Below are positions 12,067 through 25,191 of a stretch of DNA of 64,000 nt, piece after piece; position 1 is the stretch's first letter; each line of letters opens with the position of its first letter. The stretch covers positions 260,300-324,299 of the forward strand of contig NW_003314309.1 of assembly GCF_000143415.4 (NCBI RefSeq), read 5' to 3'. The stretch comes from Selaginella moellendorffii. Lineage: Eukaryota > Plantae > Lycopodiophyta. Under the pieces are notes generated by a model. That model saw nothing but the letters and a program-made list of their open reading frames with translations. It had not been told where the DNA came from and searched no databases. The translations under genes were made by a program, and so were the position numbers.

Positions 12067-12316
12067 CCACGTGTCATGTGTTAGTCCTTTTTGGGTCCCT
12101 TTTTGGAGCCTGGCTTATGGCTCGCTTCGTGCTCATTCCTCAAGGACTTTGTTAGGGGTTCCATTCCCACTCTCGACCTTTCGAGGCGGAGCTTTTAGTC
12201 CAAACGTGTTACGCTCGTTTGGCTTTCGCTTTGGCCACTACCACGTGGCGCCCCTCCGGCTCCACTTTGGGGCCTAGGGATTTTGTGTCTCACACATGGG
12301 AGGTCAAATACAAAAG

Positions 12317-13890
12317 AGGACACAAGTCCTTGAAATGGTAGCTGGGGCTACCTTTAGTAAATGCTGGAACAACCCAAGGAGTTGGGGGTGTATTTAGAGA
12401 TGAGTTGGTATTTTCATCACATGGACAAGTAGTCATAAGGGGCAAAGGTTAGCCCCTAGAGAACAAAATCAAGTATAAGAGTAACACTTGCAAAATAGTC
12501 CTGGTGAGTAGGACATGAATACAAGAAGTTGTATTCCAATGAGTTAGCACCTCAAAAGTAACACCTTATAGGTCAAGGGATTAGCAAAGTCCAAAATGCT
12601 GGATGACTCAAGTGGAGTCAGGGAATGGTCCTAAAAGATTGGTAGAAGCATTTGGACTGAGGTGTATGGTGCCCCATGAGGTATGGGGAGGATCATAAGA
12701 TCCAAGTATAAGAACAAGAGATATCTCATTGATGGCAGAATGTGCCATACTAAAGTTGTGGGAAAGATGTTCCTAGAAGAAAGCAACTTTGGCCTAAAGT
12801 TGGGGGCAAACACTATGGTGCGGTGCTAATGGATAGTTAGCATGAGGCCCAACTATATTGGTCTTGGCAAAGACCTAGACACTAATAAGTAGTGTCAAAA
12901 GGATAGGCTCGTGGGGCCAATAGTGTGGAGACACCAAATGTGCCAAGGTGTGATACATTGAGGTTATGTTGGGGGGTTCATAAGAACCCCTTGCCAAGAG
13001 AATCCCAACGAAAATGGAAATGGCATAGCCTAAGCTGGAAAGCATGTGGTAGAGTGTGGTGACCAAAACAATGATGGAGGTGTGGAAGCACCAACAATGA
13101 GTTGTAGGACTTGACAACTATAAAGCAACTAAGCAAAAGGTGCAAGATAATTGGTTAAACTGGTAGAAGGTAGCTACTCTAGACTTCTTAATGGCATAAG
13201 GAAGTTAGATATACCCTTACGAGGGATAAATTGTTTATGTTGCGATATAGTAAGTCAATGTTATAAAAGGGAATGTTCATTGTCGAACAGGCCATCATTT
13301 AGGACACCAAAACACTCTAGGACACCAGGAGGTGGTGTTTGATGTTGCGAGGGCAATAGATAAGGCCCAAAGGACTAGCTTCAAGACCATGCTTTTGCTG
13401 CGCCACTTTGGTTTCGCGCGTTCCATGAACCATTTACACTTGGCCTTTCTAGGTACTAAACTACCTAGAATCGTCTTTGGGAACCTTGAAGGAACTTTGT
13501 CCCTTAGCTTGCTAAGGCCTCCTTTTTCGCAAGCTTTCTAGTTGCCATATAGTCTAGTATGGACAATTCCATATTTTAGACTCTCCATGGCATCACGGTT
13601 GCTAGTAACAACACCCTCGAGCCCCCACTTGATTCTCCACTCCCAACTAGCATAACCACCCTTGGTTATGCCTTTCGATTTCTATAGTTTGGTTCTATCC
13701 CTTTACTACTTGCTTTTGGCTTCACACCTTTCCTTCGGTCATTCTCCTCCAGATTAGGAGGATAGCTTAATGGCATAAGGAAGTTAGATATACCCTTACG
13801 AAGGATAAATTGCTTATGTTGTGATATAGTAAGTCAATGTCATAAAAGGGAATGCTCATTGTCGAACAGGCCATCATTTGGGACACCAAA
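12317..13890. mobile_element. Rearranged fragments of the same retroelement internal region
   Basis: 12317-13375 is an inverted, diverged copy of ~9186-10245. 13378-13768 is a direct copy of ~8529-8922. 13767-13890 nearly duplicates ~13188-13312. Confidence 0.85.
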
Positions 13891-14899
13891 AAGTCTAAAA
13901 TGTGTGTGTGTATTTGTGTGTGTGTGTAGTGGCTTCCAAGTGTATTGCATATATGGCTACAATATCATATACTAATATTAGCATAATGGTATAAGGTAAA
14001 TTTTCTAAGCTAATTAATATGCATATTTTTATATTTCACCGTTGATGGTTGTTATACTTAATATTCAATGTCCATAAAGTGTGGAGTAAGACTTACCTTT
14101 TTTTTATGAAGTTCTTTTGATGAAGTAGAGATGGTGTGCTATTAGCCACCAGATGACCTTATGACAATGCAAAGAGAGGTTGAAGAATTAATAAGATCTT
14201 TATTAACTCTTTCATTGAAAGATTTACTCTTGATCATGTTGCCACTCCGCAAAATCCCTTCAAAAAAGCATGTGGCAAGGATTTTCATGGGTGGACAATA
14301 CCTAATGATTATGTGGAAAGCATTAATGGATGTTAGAGAGCATCTAACAAGGTATGAGGCATGGATCATAGAGGAGATTATTTGGAGTCTTGCCATAGAG
14401 AAATGAAGTCTAGAGTTTTATTTCCTCCTTTGCTAACACTATATTTTCACAAGTGCTTATCATCCATAAACAAATGGCTTGGTAGAATGGCTTATTTGGA
14501 TCTTCAAAAAGATGATTATGAAGTATGTAAATTTTTATCATTCAGATTGGGATGGTTATTTGCCATTTCTTTAGTATACATATGTCACTAATGTATGGTT
14601 TACCTTCATAATTGCCACAAATTGCCGATGTTAAGTTTTAATATTAATATTTAACAACAATTCTTTCACTTATTTAAGCAAAGTCTACTAAACACTTGGG
14701 CCACATATAAGTGGGATAACAATGGTATTACAACTGCCATTATTATTCACCTAGGGAGTACATGGTGGATTTCTTGGTGTTAATCCATTTTCCCAATCTT
14801 ATAGTTTGTTTAAAAGGTGTTTTGTTCAAGAGAAGGGTGTAGCACATATAATTATAGTATGAGATTTGGATATACTATCATCGTAGATCCTTAGAACTT

Positions 14900-15550
14900 T
14901 AGAGGATAAATAGGGATAAAATAGCCACTCATCAAGCAATTCCCTTTTTTTAGTTAGTTTAAGGGGAGAGACATAAAGTGCACTACATGTAGTATCGAAG
15001 CAAATGGCACAGGTTCAATTTTTATTGATTAATAGCTACTTAAAAATATAATATATCTTTGAATAAGGTATATTTCTACCCCTAAATTTGAAATCATACG
15101 TATTAGGCATCCATACATACTTTCTTCCTTTTGGTGGAGCATCCATGGACGATAGGATTGCAGTATGGGTGGATGATTAGTTGCTTTACATGGAATATTT
15201 AATTTACACAATAGAAGGATTGATAGATTCAATGTGGAAATGGAAGTGTTAATTCCCCTTGGCTCAATAGGGGTTGTTAGTCAATAGTCAATAAGAACAT
15301 TAACATCTCTAAAGGAGGGGTGAGTGTAACGCATGTGATCATACCTTAAGGGATAAATAAGGATAAAATAGTTGTTAAGGGTTTTTTTTATCAAGCAATT
15401 ACCCCTTTTTTAGTTGATTTAAGGGGAGAGAGTGTAACACATATGATTATACCTTGAGGGATAAATGGGGATAAAATAGCCACTAAAAGTTCTCTCATCA
15501 AACAATTGCCCTTTTTTTAGTTGATTTAAAGAGAAAGAGATAAAATGCAT
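14900..15550. repeat. Three copies of a ~75-108-bp AT-rich unit
   Basis: GGATAAATrrGGATAAAATAG...ATCAArCAATT.CCCTTTTTT.AGTT..TTTAA at ~14904, ~15350 and ~15458. Confidence 0.8.
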
Positions 15551-17803
15551 TATAAAGGGATGTTATAACATAATGGACCACAAGTCTATTAAGTTTAGCA
15601 TGATGTTTAATAGGCAAATCCCCCAAAAATTATGCATATGCAACAACTAAAATGGTTCTTACAAAGGGATCAGAAACAATTGACACCACTTCACTATTTA
15701 AGAAGAGATCAAATAATTTATTAGAGCTATAAATAAAGTATTATATTAGGTTTTTCCAACATTTATATAACTTTTGCAAAGTTATAAGAATTGATTAGAG
15801 CTAAAGAAAAAGATGTAAGAAAACCATTAATGTCAAAGTGTTTAAACTATTAGGAGCTTGTCATCAAGTCAAGGGAAGATGACAAAATTATTAATAAAAT
15901 ATTAAAACAATAAAGAAGAAAAGATGGATTTATGTTGAACAGTTTAAATACAAAATCCTCAAAAATTTACTTTTAGAAATTAATTTGGTTTAACACAACT
16001 ATATTGGAACTTCAAAATGCTTCAATTGAAATAGAAAAGTTTTACATGTACTTTTAGAGCCATGAAGGTTTTTATCAAATAGCCTAAGCTTAGCTCTCCA
16101 AACCTTAAAAACTCTAAATAACATGAGTGAAGAAGGAAAGGACCAAGTTTGTGAATTTAAGATCCTTGGAAAAAGTCCCAGCTTTGAGGAAAAATCATGA
16201 ATGCAAAAACCCCAAACTTGATCCATGTCCTAAACTTTGAACTCCTAGATTTCACTCTTGAGCTATTGGATTTGCATAAGGTGTGTTTTCTTTGGGTGTC
16301 TCTAACTTCTCAATGTTGCAACTTGTCGGGAATAAGGGGGAGGATCACGGAATTAGAGTCCCATGTCTAACAAAAAGTTTAAGCATTCATTAATTTACAA
16401 CTTTCAACAATAGTTTACAAATATGGCCAACCAACCAAGACCTAAGGAGAATATTCACCAACAAATTAATGAAGTCTTCATGAAATGTATATGCCAATAA
16501 TTTTCTAATTAGAGAGGCTTAGGAAAATGCTTGTCAAGGTTTAAATGTGGGTACACTCTAAGAATGGTTATGAGAGAGGACCACACCGTGACAGCTGTAG
16601 AGGTAAAATTCTATTACGTGGGCATGCCAGGAGATTTTGAAAACTCATTGCACATACAAGCTGTGAGTGAAAGCTAAATCACACACATAGTTTGATCCTC
16701 AAGTCATATCTGGTAAAATTAAAAGTAGAAGACTAAGCCATCTCAGCAAAAAAAGTGACGTCATTCAATGTATAGTGGACCTAAACATTCTTCTGTGCAA
16801 TTTCCACTGTTGTGTTACACTAGATAGCCAATCCCTGCCAAAAGATCTTTCTCTGTGATGCTTGGTTTCAACACCCAATCTGCTTTAGCATTGAGATCAG
16901 GTGCCATGAAACAGTAGCTACAATGTGACAAAAACTTCCATTAGTTTTTGCTGGAGCAAAGTACTTGCTCCCTCTATATTCTAACAGCAGCAATGAAAAT
17001 GGTGTGAGCTCTTGCCGTTGGCTTGCACTTGCAAGGCCTATTAGAGAAGAGTGAGAGAGGAGGAAAATATATTACATGTGTTCATGGATGTGTCAAGTGC
17101 ACATACACACGGATCACACACACAAGCATTCACTGTAAGTTTCACGAATTTGAGGCAAACTTTGAGATGTTTGGGACAGAATCTGCTCAAGAACTTAGCA
17201 GCAGCAACGTTTATGAGCGGGTAGTCGTGGGTGAGTTTGAGAGGGAGCTTCTTGAGCTTCTCAGGATGAACGTAGAAAAGAGAAAAGAGGGAGAGTGAGA
17301 GAAAACAGTCAGGAGAGAGAGAAGAAAAAAAGCAACTACACATAATAAGGGCTCAATGACAAAGTCGTGGGCATTTGGATTTCAAGTGAAGTTAATTGTG
17401 TGGCAAGACGCAAGCATCTTGGAAATCACGTTGAAAAGAAGTTCCAACTTGCCTCAGTGCTGCCCTGGATTCCAAGGTAAGGAGGTGCACTCTTTTATTG
17501 ATTTTAGATTTAAGGTTGCTCCTAAAAGAATCTAAAGACATTGCTAAAGTTTTTCTTCATTATTTAAAAATGTGTGCGCATTGCCCATTAGCTAGGCAGA
17601 TTACTAATCCCACATATATAACAATATATATTAAGACATGCTAGGCCAATCACCTACAACATTATCATATGTATATATATGAAACGCATTATGTTGATTT
17701 GTTAAGTGTACAATAAATTCCTTTGCAAGAAGAAATTTTTTGAATGGAATTACCACCTGGGAAGCAAATTAGATTGGCTAGTCCGTGAGCCTATAGCAAT
17801 ACC

Positions 17804-18983
17804 TTATGCCAGAGGATCCAGCAAACCACGACGTTGTAGTTTTGTACAAGTGGGACAGTACCACTTGGCCTTAAATCTCGTCTCGGAGCTCAAGCCAACG
17901 CACTGATAATGGAACCATTCCCCTCCTGTGCACTGAAAGAAAACCAGCAATTCTAAGTTATGATCGCGGGATCATGTCATCCGTAAGTTATGTCACGTTA
18001 CGATCACAAGATCGAGGGATGGGAAACTTACGTTCTCGTTATCGCAAGCGATCATGTCCCCAAACGAAACCTGCGAGGAAGAACACCAAACATATGGACA
18101 GGAAAAAAATGAAAACAATACCTGACCACAGATACAATACGTTTCTTCGTTGGGATCCACGGGTTGATCCAAGTCGGGAGCTGGAAGGCTTCTCTTCCTG
18201 TAGTTGCCAGGAGGTGGCATGAGCTCGGTGTCCCGATCGCGTTCCCAGTCCTTGAGTTCTAGTCTCTTTCCTGGCGGGACAAAGAAGCTAGACTTCCTTT
18301 TCTCGTCGCGCAATGGCAGCATTGGAAGGATCGCAGGCTCGTCTGGTGATATCTTCCCCTCTATAAGAAAAGCAAAGCTTAAGAACAGAAAGAACAACGA
18401 AAAGGAGAAAATTTCTCATACCAAGCTTGAGATCCTCCGCGAACTGGTTTAAATCCTCGTCTAGTCTCTTCATCTGGCTATCGATCTGACCAAATCATGC
18501 TCGTAAGAGAGAACAAAACAGGGAATCTTAGCAGTAGAAGTTTGAAGCTACTTACTTACCAAGTCGTAAGCTTGCTGTGCTAGCAAAACTTTCTCCGTGC
18601 AAAGGCTCCGGATATTGTCGTGGTTTGCTTCGATCTCCTTCTTTAGCCTCTCGAATTCTTCCTGCTCTGGCGATGGCTTCTTGATCTGCTGCGTGGGAAG
18701 GAACAGGCAAGTCTTCGTGTCCTCGCGTGTTTGTAGCATCATATCTGTGAATCACGCATCATAAGCCGAGAACAAGAACGATCAAGCACTTAACTGTGTG
18801 CTCGCACATCGAGCTCCGTCATTGTGGAGAGATGGCGCTGGACTTCGGCGTGGAGAGAGCTCGAATCTGTGGATCCATCCAATGCCATCTGCCGGCGATG
18901 AGCTCCGCTGCTATAGGCGATAGAGATTCCAACTTACATTCTAGATAATCGTCCACAAAGACGCCGGTCCTGGCGATCGCCAT
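17804..18983 (-). CDS. ING2: PHD finger protein ING2-like
   Basis: N-terminus [16 protein letters not shown]; ING domain [15 protein letters not shown]; [29 protein letters not shown]...[10 protein letters not shown]...WYCPTC; multi-exon. Confidence 0.93.
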
Positions 18984-19057
18984 AGCTGTCTCCTCTGTTT
19001 GAAGAGCCCTAAAAACTTGGCAGGGGTTTTATTTCGCATTTCTATTTCATAGGGCAA

Positions 19058-20415
19058 ATGGCGCTCTCGGCGCATTCTCTGGCGCTCGGCGCTCCATCCA
19101 GAATGCTCGAAGTTCGATCGAGAATCCATGCTCTTCCGAGGTAAATTTCCTCCTAGCCGTTGTTTTTCTCCCACATGTTCTTCCCGGATGGCCTTTAGCT
19201 CGATATATTTCAAAAGAACAAAGCTTTCGAGGCTTGCGACGTGCAATGCTGCCGATATGTCTGCGGGATTTGGATCGGGCGCCGAGGAGAATCCTTACGA
19301 GGTACTTGGCTGCGATTGTGAAAAATCGGTCACAGTTTTCCTTCTTCCAGGTTCTTGGCGTAAATCCGCTCGAGAGTTTTGATAAGATCAAAGTGCTTTA
19401 CTCGAGGAAGCACAAGGACGCTGAAAAAAGTGGCAATGAGGCTGCCGCTGCTCGAGTACGTCCTGCCATTCTACACTTTTTTGCTTGATCTTTTTGCGTT
19501 CTTCGCACAGTTGGAGAGAGCGTATGATAAGATTATGATGTCTCAACTCTCCAAGAGAAAGAAGGGATTGACGTTTGGAGCCGTCGAGGTATGTCGTTGT
19601 TTGTTCTTCTCGTTTAAAAATCCTTTCAAAAGGTCTCGAAGAACATCAAATATGCAGACAAGCAACCGCTACTTCCATGGGGTCCAAAGTATTCGCATCA
19701 GCCTTTCACTTGTTTCCGTGTGCTAGTCTAACGCAGATCATGAATTTGATAGAAAAGCTCGCTCCATCAAGAGAGATATCATGATCAACGTTGGCATTTC
19801 AGTAGCAATGGTGAGTTTGTGGCTGTATTTCCTAGTCTCTTTCAAAGTTTTGACATAAGCTTCTTTGCGCAGTCTGTTTGGGTTGTGATATCAGAGGGTA
19901 TGGCTGACTGGAAACCTTTGCAAGTGCTTATCTTTGGCTACGTCTTTCAGTTGTTCAATAAGCTCAAGCAGTACGAACCTCCTGATGTCACAGTCTATGT
20001 AAGTGATGGTTTTCGAGCTTTACTACTTTACAAGTATGATAACCAAACACAAACAATCTGTTTCAGGATGAAGAGGATCACAACAAAAACGTTGCAAAGA
20101 GTGGAAAGAGACTCCTTCGCACGTTTGGCCTTGTTTTCGGGTGCGTCACTGTTGCCTCATTGGTAAGTCATGCTTTTTCCTTCTTTCGTTTCTCGTTTCA
20201 TGAACGTCGTACCACTGGATCATCAGGTGTTTACTGGTATTCTGAATGGCATCGAGATTATAGGAGCTTCCATTCCTCGGGCCCTGTACAATAGCCAGGT
20301 AAGACTTCTTTCACAGTGGTTTCTTGAGAGATACTTTCCTCTTTTTGTCCAGGAAACATTCGTGACCATCGTCTCGGCTGTCCTTATGTTCTTCGTGGGA
20401 TCATTCTACAGGTAG
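19058..20415 (+). CDS. CJD1: Chloroplast J-like domain protein (CJD1/CPP1 family, DUF3353)
   Basis: Transit-peptide-like start, then ENPYEVLGVNPLESFDKIK...LERAYDKIMMSQL...KYADKQPLLPWGP; C-terminal TM segments ending GSFYR*. Confidence 0.85.
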
Positions 20416-21711
20416 CATCTAGACAAAGACATGTTTGATTCTGCCGGTTTGAGTGATCGATGGGGTGTTACTGCCAAAATCATTTTTGTGGAATGCCCAG
20501 CAAGGAAGAAAGTGTGCTCGCTTTGCCGAGAGTGCTTTGGTGAACTGGAGATTCCAATAGTGGGATAGAAATCGAAGCTTTGGTGTTTGGAGGAGCACCA
20601 AACAATGCGATATTCGTTCGCCTTTGGGCTGACATAAAGTGAGACGATCATTGTGAAGCCCCACTTACCATTTTTCTAGATAATCCTTTGTGTCGCATTT
20701 ACCGTGAAGATCTAACGTCGACCAATGCGGTATAGATTAATTTCGTGGCCTTTCGAGGACGCTAGATGTGGTGGTCAAAGTGATAGAGATTCCATTCGGG
20801 AAGTCGATTCGCCCCACAAGAAGCTCGATTGCGATCAATTTACAAAGAAAAACAAAGGTGGTGGTGGCACATTATAGATTCCCCAAATATTCCAGTCCCA
20901 TGATCATGGCCGCTCCCACTAACTCAAAGCACGCGCTTTTTGCCGCTGAAACACGAAAGAATGAGAACGATAAAAGAATCAATAAAAAGAGGAAGGGTAT
21001 CATGTTTAAAAGTTTTTAAGGGCTCCGCATTCTTTCTCCTCTGGCGTGGAAGAGAGAGCGCGCCTTGACGCAGGCACGAAATATTTCGATCCGGACGGCA
21101 CGTCGATCGCGATGCTGCGGCGGAGCTGATCGATCGATCCATTCCGGTAAGCGCGCTTGTCCAATCCCATCCGGTTTCGTCTCTTGATTTCATGTCCATC
21201 GACGCGATCGTTGCATTGCCCTGCCTTCCCTCGCGTCGTCTTGTTCTTCCGGTCGATCCACGGACGCAATGCTGCTTTCTTCTCTTCTTCCTCGAGCGTT
21301 ACCCTAATTGTAGCTTTCGTTTCCCTCTTTTCGGTTGTTTTTGATTCCCTGAGTAAGGAATGCCGTGCCCGGATTTCTTGTCCGTGGCCGAGAGATGCAT
21401 GACTTACGGAGTGGACATTCTTGGTACAAGATAGCTCCACTGATGGATCGTTTGCTCGTGTACGCCATTCTCTTTGGTACTACACACGGTAGTACAGCCA
21501 GCTTGTCTCTAGAGACTTTATGCACGAGCGCTTGTGCTTCCTGGTTTAATGCAGCGGTTTCTTTTCTTTCCTTCTCTGCCAGAATTCTGAAACTTACAAC
21601 AAAGAAGAGATAGAGTCTGATGCCACAAGTTTTCAAGTTCCTGCGTTCTAGATATCTTCCACCCGGGTTTTATGATCGGCTCCAGCAGCAGTGTCTAGCT
21701 CCAGGCATGAT

Positions 21712-24700
21712 ATGGCAGTCCTGGAGGTCCGGAATTTGCAGAATGGGAACTGCTCGGCTTCTAGCAAGCAAAGCAAATCTAAGCTTCTGCTCATGTCTAT
21801 GTTGCCTCGTTACCCTTCCATGCCGACTTATCCCCCCTCTCCACCTCGAAGGGACATCGATGCTTCAGAGGTTCGTGATGTTACATTCAAGGTGGAGGGT
21901 ATGGAATGTGCTGCTTGTGCAGGCTCGATTGAAAAGGCAATCAAACGCCTTCCCGGGATAAAAAATGCAGCTGTTGCTGCTCTCCATGCAAGAGCACAGG
22001 TCATCTATCATCCGGCCTTCGTTGCTGTAAGTTGTCCACTTCTTGCTTGTTGATGTTTGAACCGTGGCTGACAAAAGCTGTGCTTCTGCAGGAAGAAGCT
22101 ATTCGTGAAGCTATCCAGGATGCTGGATTTCAGGCTTCGGTCATCGAAGACCATAGCCACCAGAATGAGAGCAACATTTGCCGGGTTCGCATCAAAGGCA
22201 TGACGTGCACAGCATGCTCCACTTCTATCGAGTCTGCTCTTCGGAAGATGGCGGGGGTTAAGAGGGCCGTGGTTGCTCTTGCAACGGAAGAGTCGGAGAT
22301 ACACTACGATCCCAAAGTTGTGAGTCACGGGCTGCTGATGGCAGCCATTGACGACGCCGGGTTCGAAACAGAACTGATTAGTGCGGGAGAGGACAGGAAC
22401 AGAGTTTACTTGCGTCTTCAAGGGGTTCACTCACAGGAAGCTCTGAAGGTTATCGAGATCTCTCTCATGGCTCTACCAGGCGTGAAGTCAGTTGAATTCA
22501 ACGCCATTGAGGAGCGCTTGATGATTTCGTATGATCCCGACTTAACCGGTCCAAGGTGCTTCATTGAGGTAATCGAGCAGACTAGTCCGACTCCGAACTT
22601 ATACCGAGCGTCATTGTACATGAATCCGGGGGAAGGATGCCCAGACAGAGTCGAAGAAGTCAGACGGTACCAGAAACTTTTCTTGTGGAGCAGTATATTC
22701 AGCGTGCCGGTCTTTTTCCTCTCGATGGTCTTCATGTACATTCCAGTTATCAAAAAGTGGCTGGACATGAAGCTGGTGATGGTGCTGACTGTTGGAGAAG
22801 TTTTGAGGTGGGCATTATCAACGCCAGTCCAGTTTGTTATAGGCTGGAGGTTCTACGTCGGTGCTTACAAGGCTTTACAGCATGGATCAGCTAACATGGA
22901 CGTTCTGGTCGCCATGGGGACAAACTCGGCTTACTTCTATTCGGTCTATACAGTCGTGCGTGCCGCGACTTGCCAACACTTTCGGGGGACAGATTTCTTC
23001 GAGACAAGTGCCATGCTTATTTCATTTATTCTACTCGGGAAGTACCTGGAGGTTCTCGCCAAAGGAAAGATGTCCGAGGCTATAGCGAAGCTCATGAACC
23101 TGGCACCTGATGTTGCTGTGCTGCTTTCGGTTGACAGCAATGGGAACGTCGTTTCGGAACGCGAAATCAGCACCCAGCTCATACAACGTAACGACATCAT
23201 CAAAGTCGGGCCCGGTTCCAAAGTTCCTACAGATGGTGTGGTCGTGTGGGGACAGAGCCACGTCAATGAAAGCATGATCACCGGTGAAGCTCGGCCTGTG
23301 ACAAAACGTTTGGATGACAAACTTATAGGTGGCACTATGAACGAAAACGGTGCTCTACGGATGCGTGCAACTCACGTCGGCTCGGAGACTGCACTTTCTC
23401 AGATTGTGAGGCTTGTCAAAGCTGCTCAGATGGCGAAAGCGCCAGTGCAGAAATTCGCCGACAAAATCTCTCAGTTCTTTGTTCCGATGGTAAGTATTTA
23501 CTTTTCCTATCTTGCTCGCGCTTACCTAAATTTTGCCTTTGCAGGTGGTAGTAACAGCTTTCTCGACTTGGATGGTATGGTATACCGCTGGCAGAGCTCG
23601 AACTTATCCAAGGTCTTGGATTCCGTCGTCCATGGACGAGTTTGAGCTGGCACTCCAGTTTGGAATATCGGTACTGGTGATTGCTTGCCCCTGTGCTCTG
23701 GGCTTAGCTACTCCTACTGCTGTTATGGTCGCCACTGGAAAAGGTGCAGCCCAAGGTGTTCTAATCAAAGGTGGCAATGCATTAGAGAGTGCACAGAAGG
23801 TGGTTATTCACAGACATTCTTTCTTCTTTCGAGGGAATAACTGAAACCACAGGCTAGTAATTCACATTGCTGGGTTTTCTTCTTTGTTTTTCCTCTTGCT
23901 TCTTCTTTTTACGTTTTCTTTTTCTCTCTGCACTTTGCTTGAAATTAAGACTAATACTTGTTTGTGATGCTTCAGGTGAAGTACATCGTCTTTGACAAGA
24001 CCGGAACACTCACCAGCGGAGAGCCTGTCGTGGTTGGCACCAAGCTTTTCCAAAACGTGGCTCTCAAGGTCTTTTTTGATTTGGTAGCTTCCGCCGAGGT
24101 ACTCTTATCATACTTTCTTATATCTCTCACGTATATATCTCGTTACAAAACAGGTGAACAGCGAGCATCCTCTTGCGAAAGCCATCATCGAGTACGCTAA
24201 GTCGCTGCAAGGCACGGGCTGCAAAGACCTCCTTTGGCTTCCAGAAGTGAAGGACTTCAAATCCATTGCGGGACAAGGAGTAACGGCAGAAGTGTCCGGG
24301 AAGCGCATCTGCGTGGGAAACACGAGGTTGATGGCCGAAAACGGGATCATGGTCTCTATAGACGTGGCCGAGCAGCTCAAAGAGACAGAAGTCATGGCAA
24401 GAACGGGAGTCCTGGGAGCTATAGGCGGAGAAATCGTCGGACTCATCGCCATCGCGGATCCAGTAAAGCCAGAGGCAGCAGCAGTCATCTCCTACTTGAA
24501 GTCGATGGGAATCCACAGCTTGATGGTCACTGGCGACAACTGGGGGACCGCCAGAGCCATCGCTCGCGAGATTGGGATCGACAACGTGATCGCTGAAGCA
24601 CAGCCCAGCGTCAAAGCCGAGAAGATCAAAGAGCTCCAGGTAAAAGTTCTTTGCGTTTTTGGAGAACAAACTCTGGATCTCTTGCTCGTTCCAGGCGACA

Positions 24701-25081
24701 GGGATGGCAGTAGCGATGGTGGGCGATGGTATCAACGATTCCCCGGCGCTGGTGGCCGCGGACGTGGGCATGGCGATTGGAGCCGGGACCGACATCGCGG
24801 TGGAAGCGGCGGACATCGTTTTGATGAAGAACAACCTCGAGGACGTGGTGACCGCCATCGATCTCTCGCGGAAGACCTTCACGAGGATCCGGCTGAATTA
24901 CCTGTGGGCTCTCGGCTACAACGTCTTGGGGATTCCCATCGCCGCGGGAGTGCTCTTCCCGTGGACGGGGTTTCGCCTCCCTCCATGGATCGCCGGCGCC
25001 GCCATGGCCGCTTCCTCGGTCAGCGTCGTGTGCTCGTCGCTGCTACTCAAGAACTACAAGCGCCCAAGAAAGCTTGGCTGA
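21712..25081 (+). CDS. HMA5: Copper-transporting P1B-type ATPase (HMA5-like)
   Basis: HMA domains GMECAAC and GMTCTAC; [29 protein letters not shown] and GDGINDSP motifs; YN and MAASS Cu-type TM motifs. The start codon is uncertain. Confidence 0.92.
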
Positions 25082-25191
25082 CTTAAAAGAAATTTTTAAA
25101 TTGCCGAATATTCTTATATACCTTTTTCTCTAGAATCTTTTATGCTTTGAATCATTTTTTGGGCAAATATTTCTAGGGTTCTTCGTCCACC

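Larger units (their letters stand above)
6950..12294 (-). mobile_element. Decayed LTR retrotransposon (one LTR ~10682-12294, PBS, degenerate internal region)
   Basis: GCTCTGATACCA at 10667-10678 is the reverse complement of the tRNA-iMet PBS TGGTATCAGAGC and lies 3 nt from an LTR end (TGTAAGCG at 10682). The other LTR end is probably ...GTCTCACA at ~12294. The internal region has no long ORF and recurs in nearby copies. The left boundary is approximate. Confidence 0.75.

Noticed and set aside
11406-12277. Long overlapping ORFs (SD/ES/LG/RD repeats)
   Set aside because: They are artefacts of a stop-free tandem repeat inside an LTR.
14100-17500. Short ORFs in the AT-rich region
   Set aside because: They have no recognisable motifs. 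They are probably decayed transposon DNA, but I cannot assign a family.
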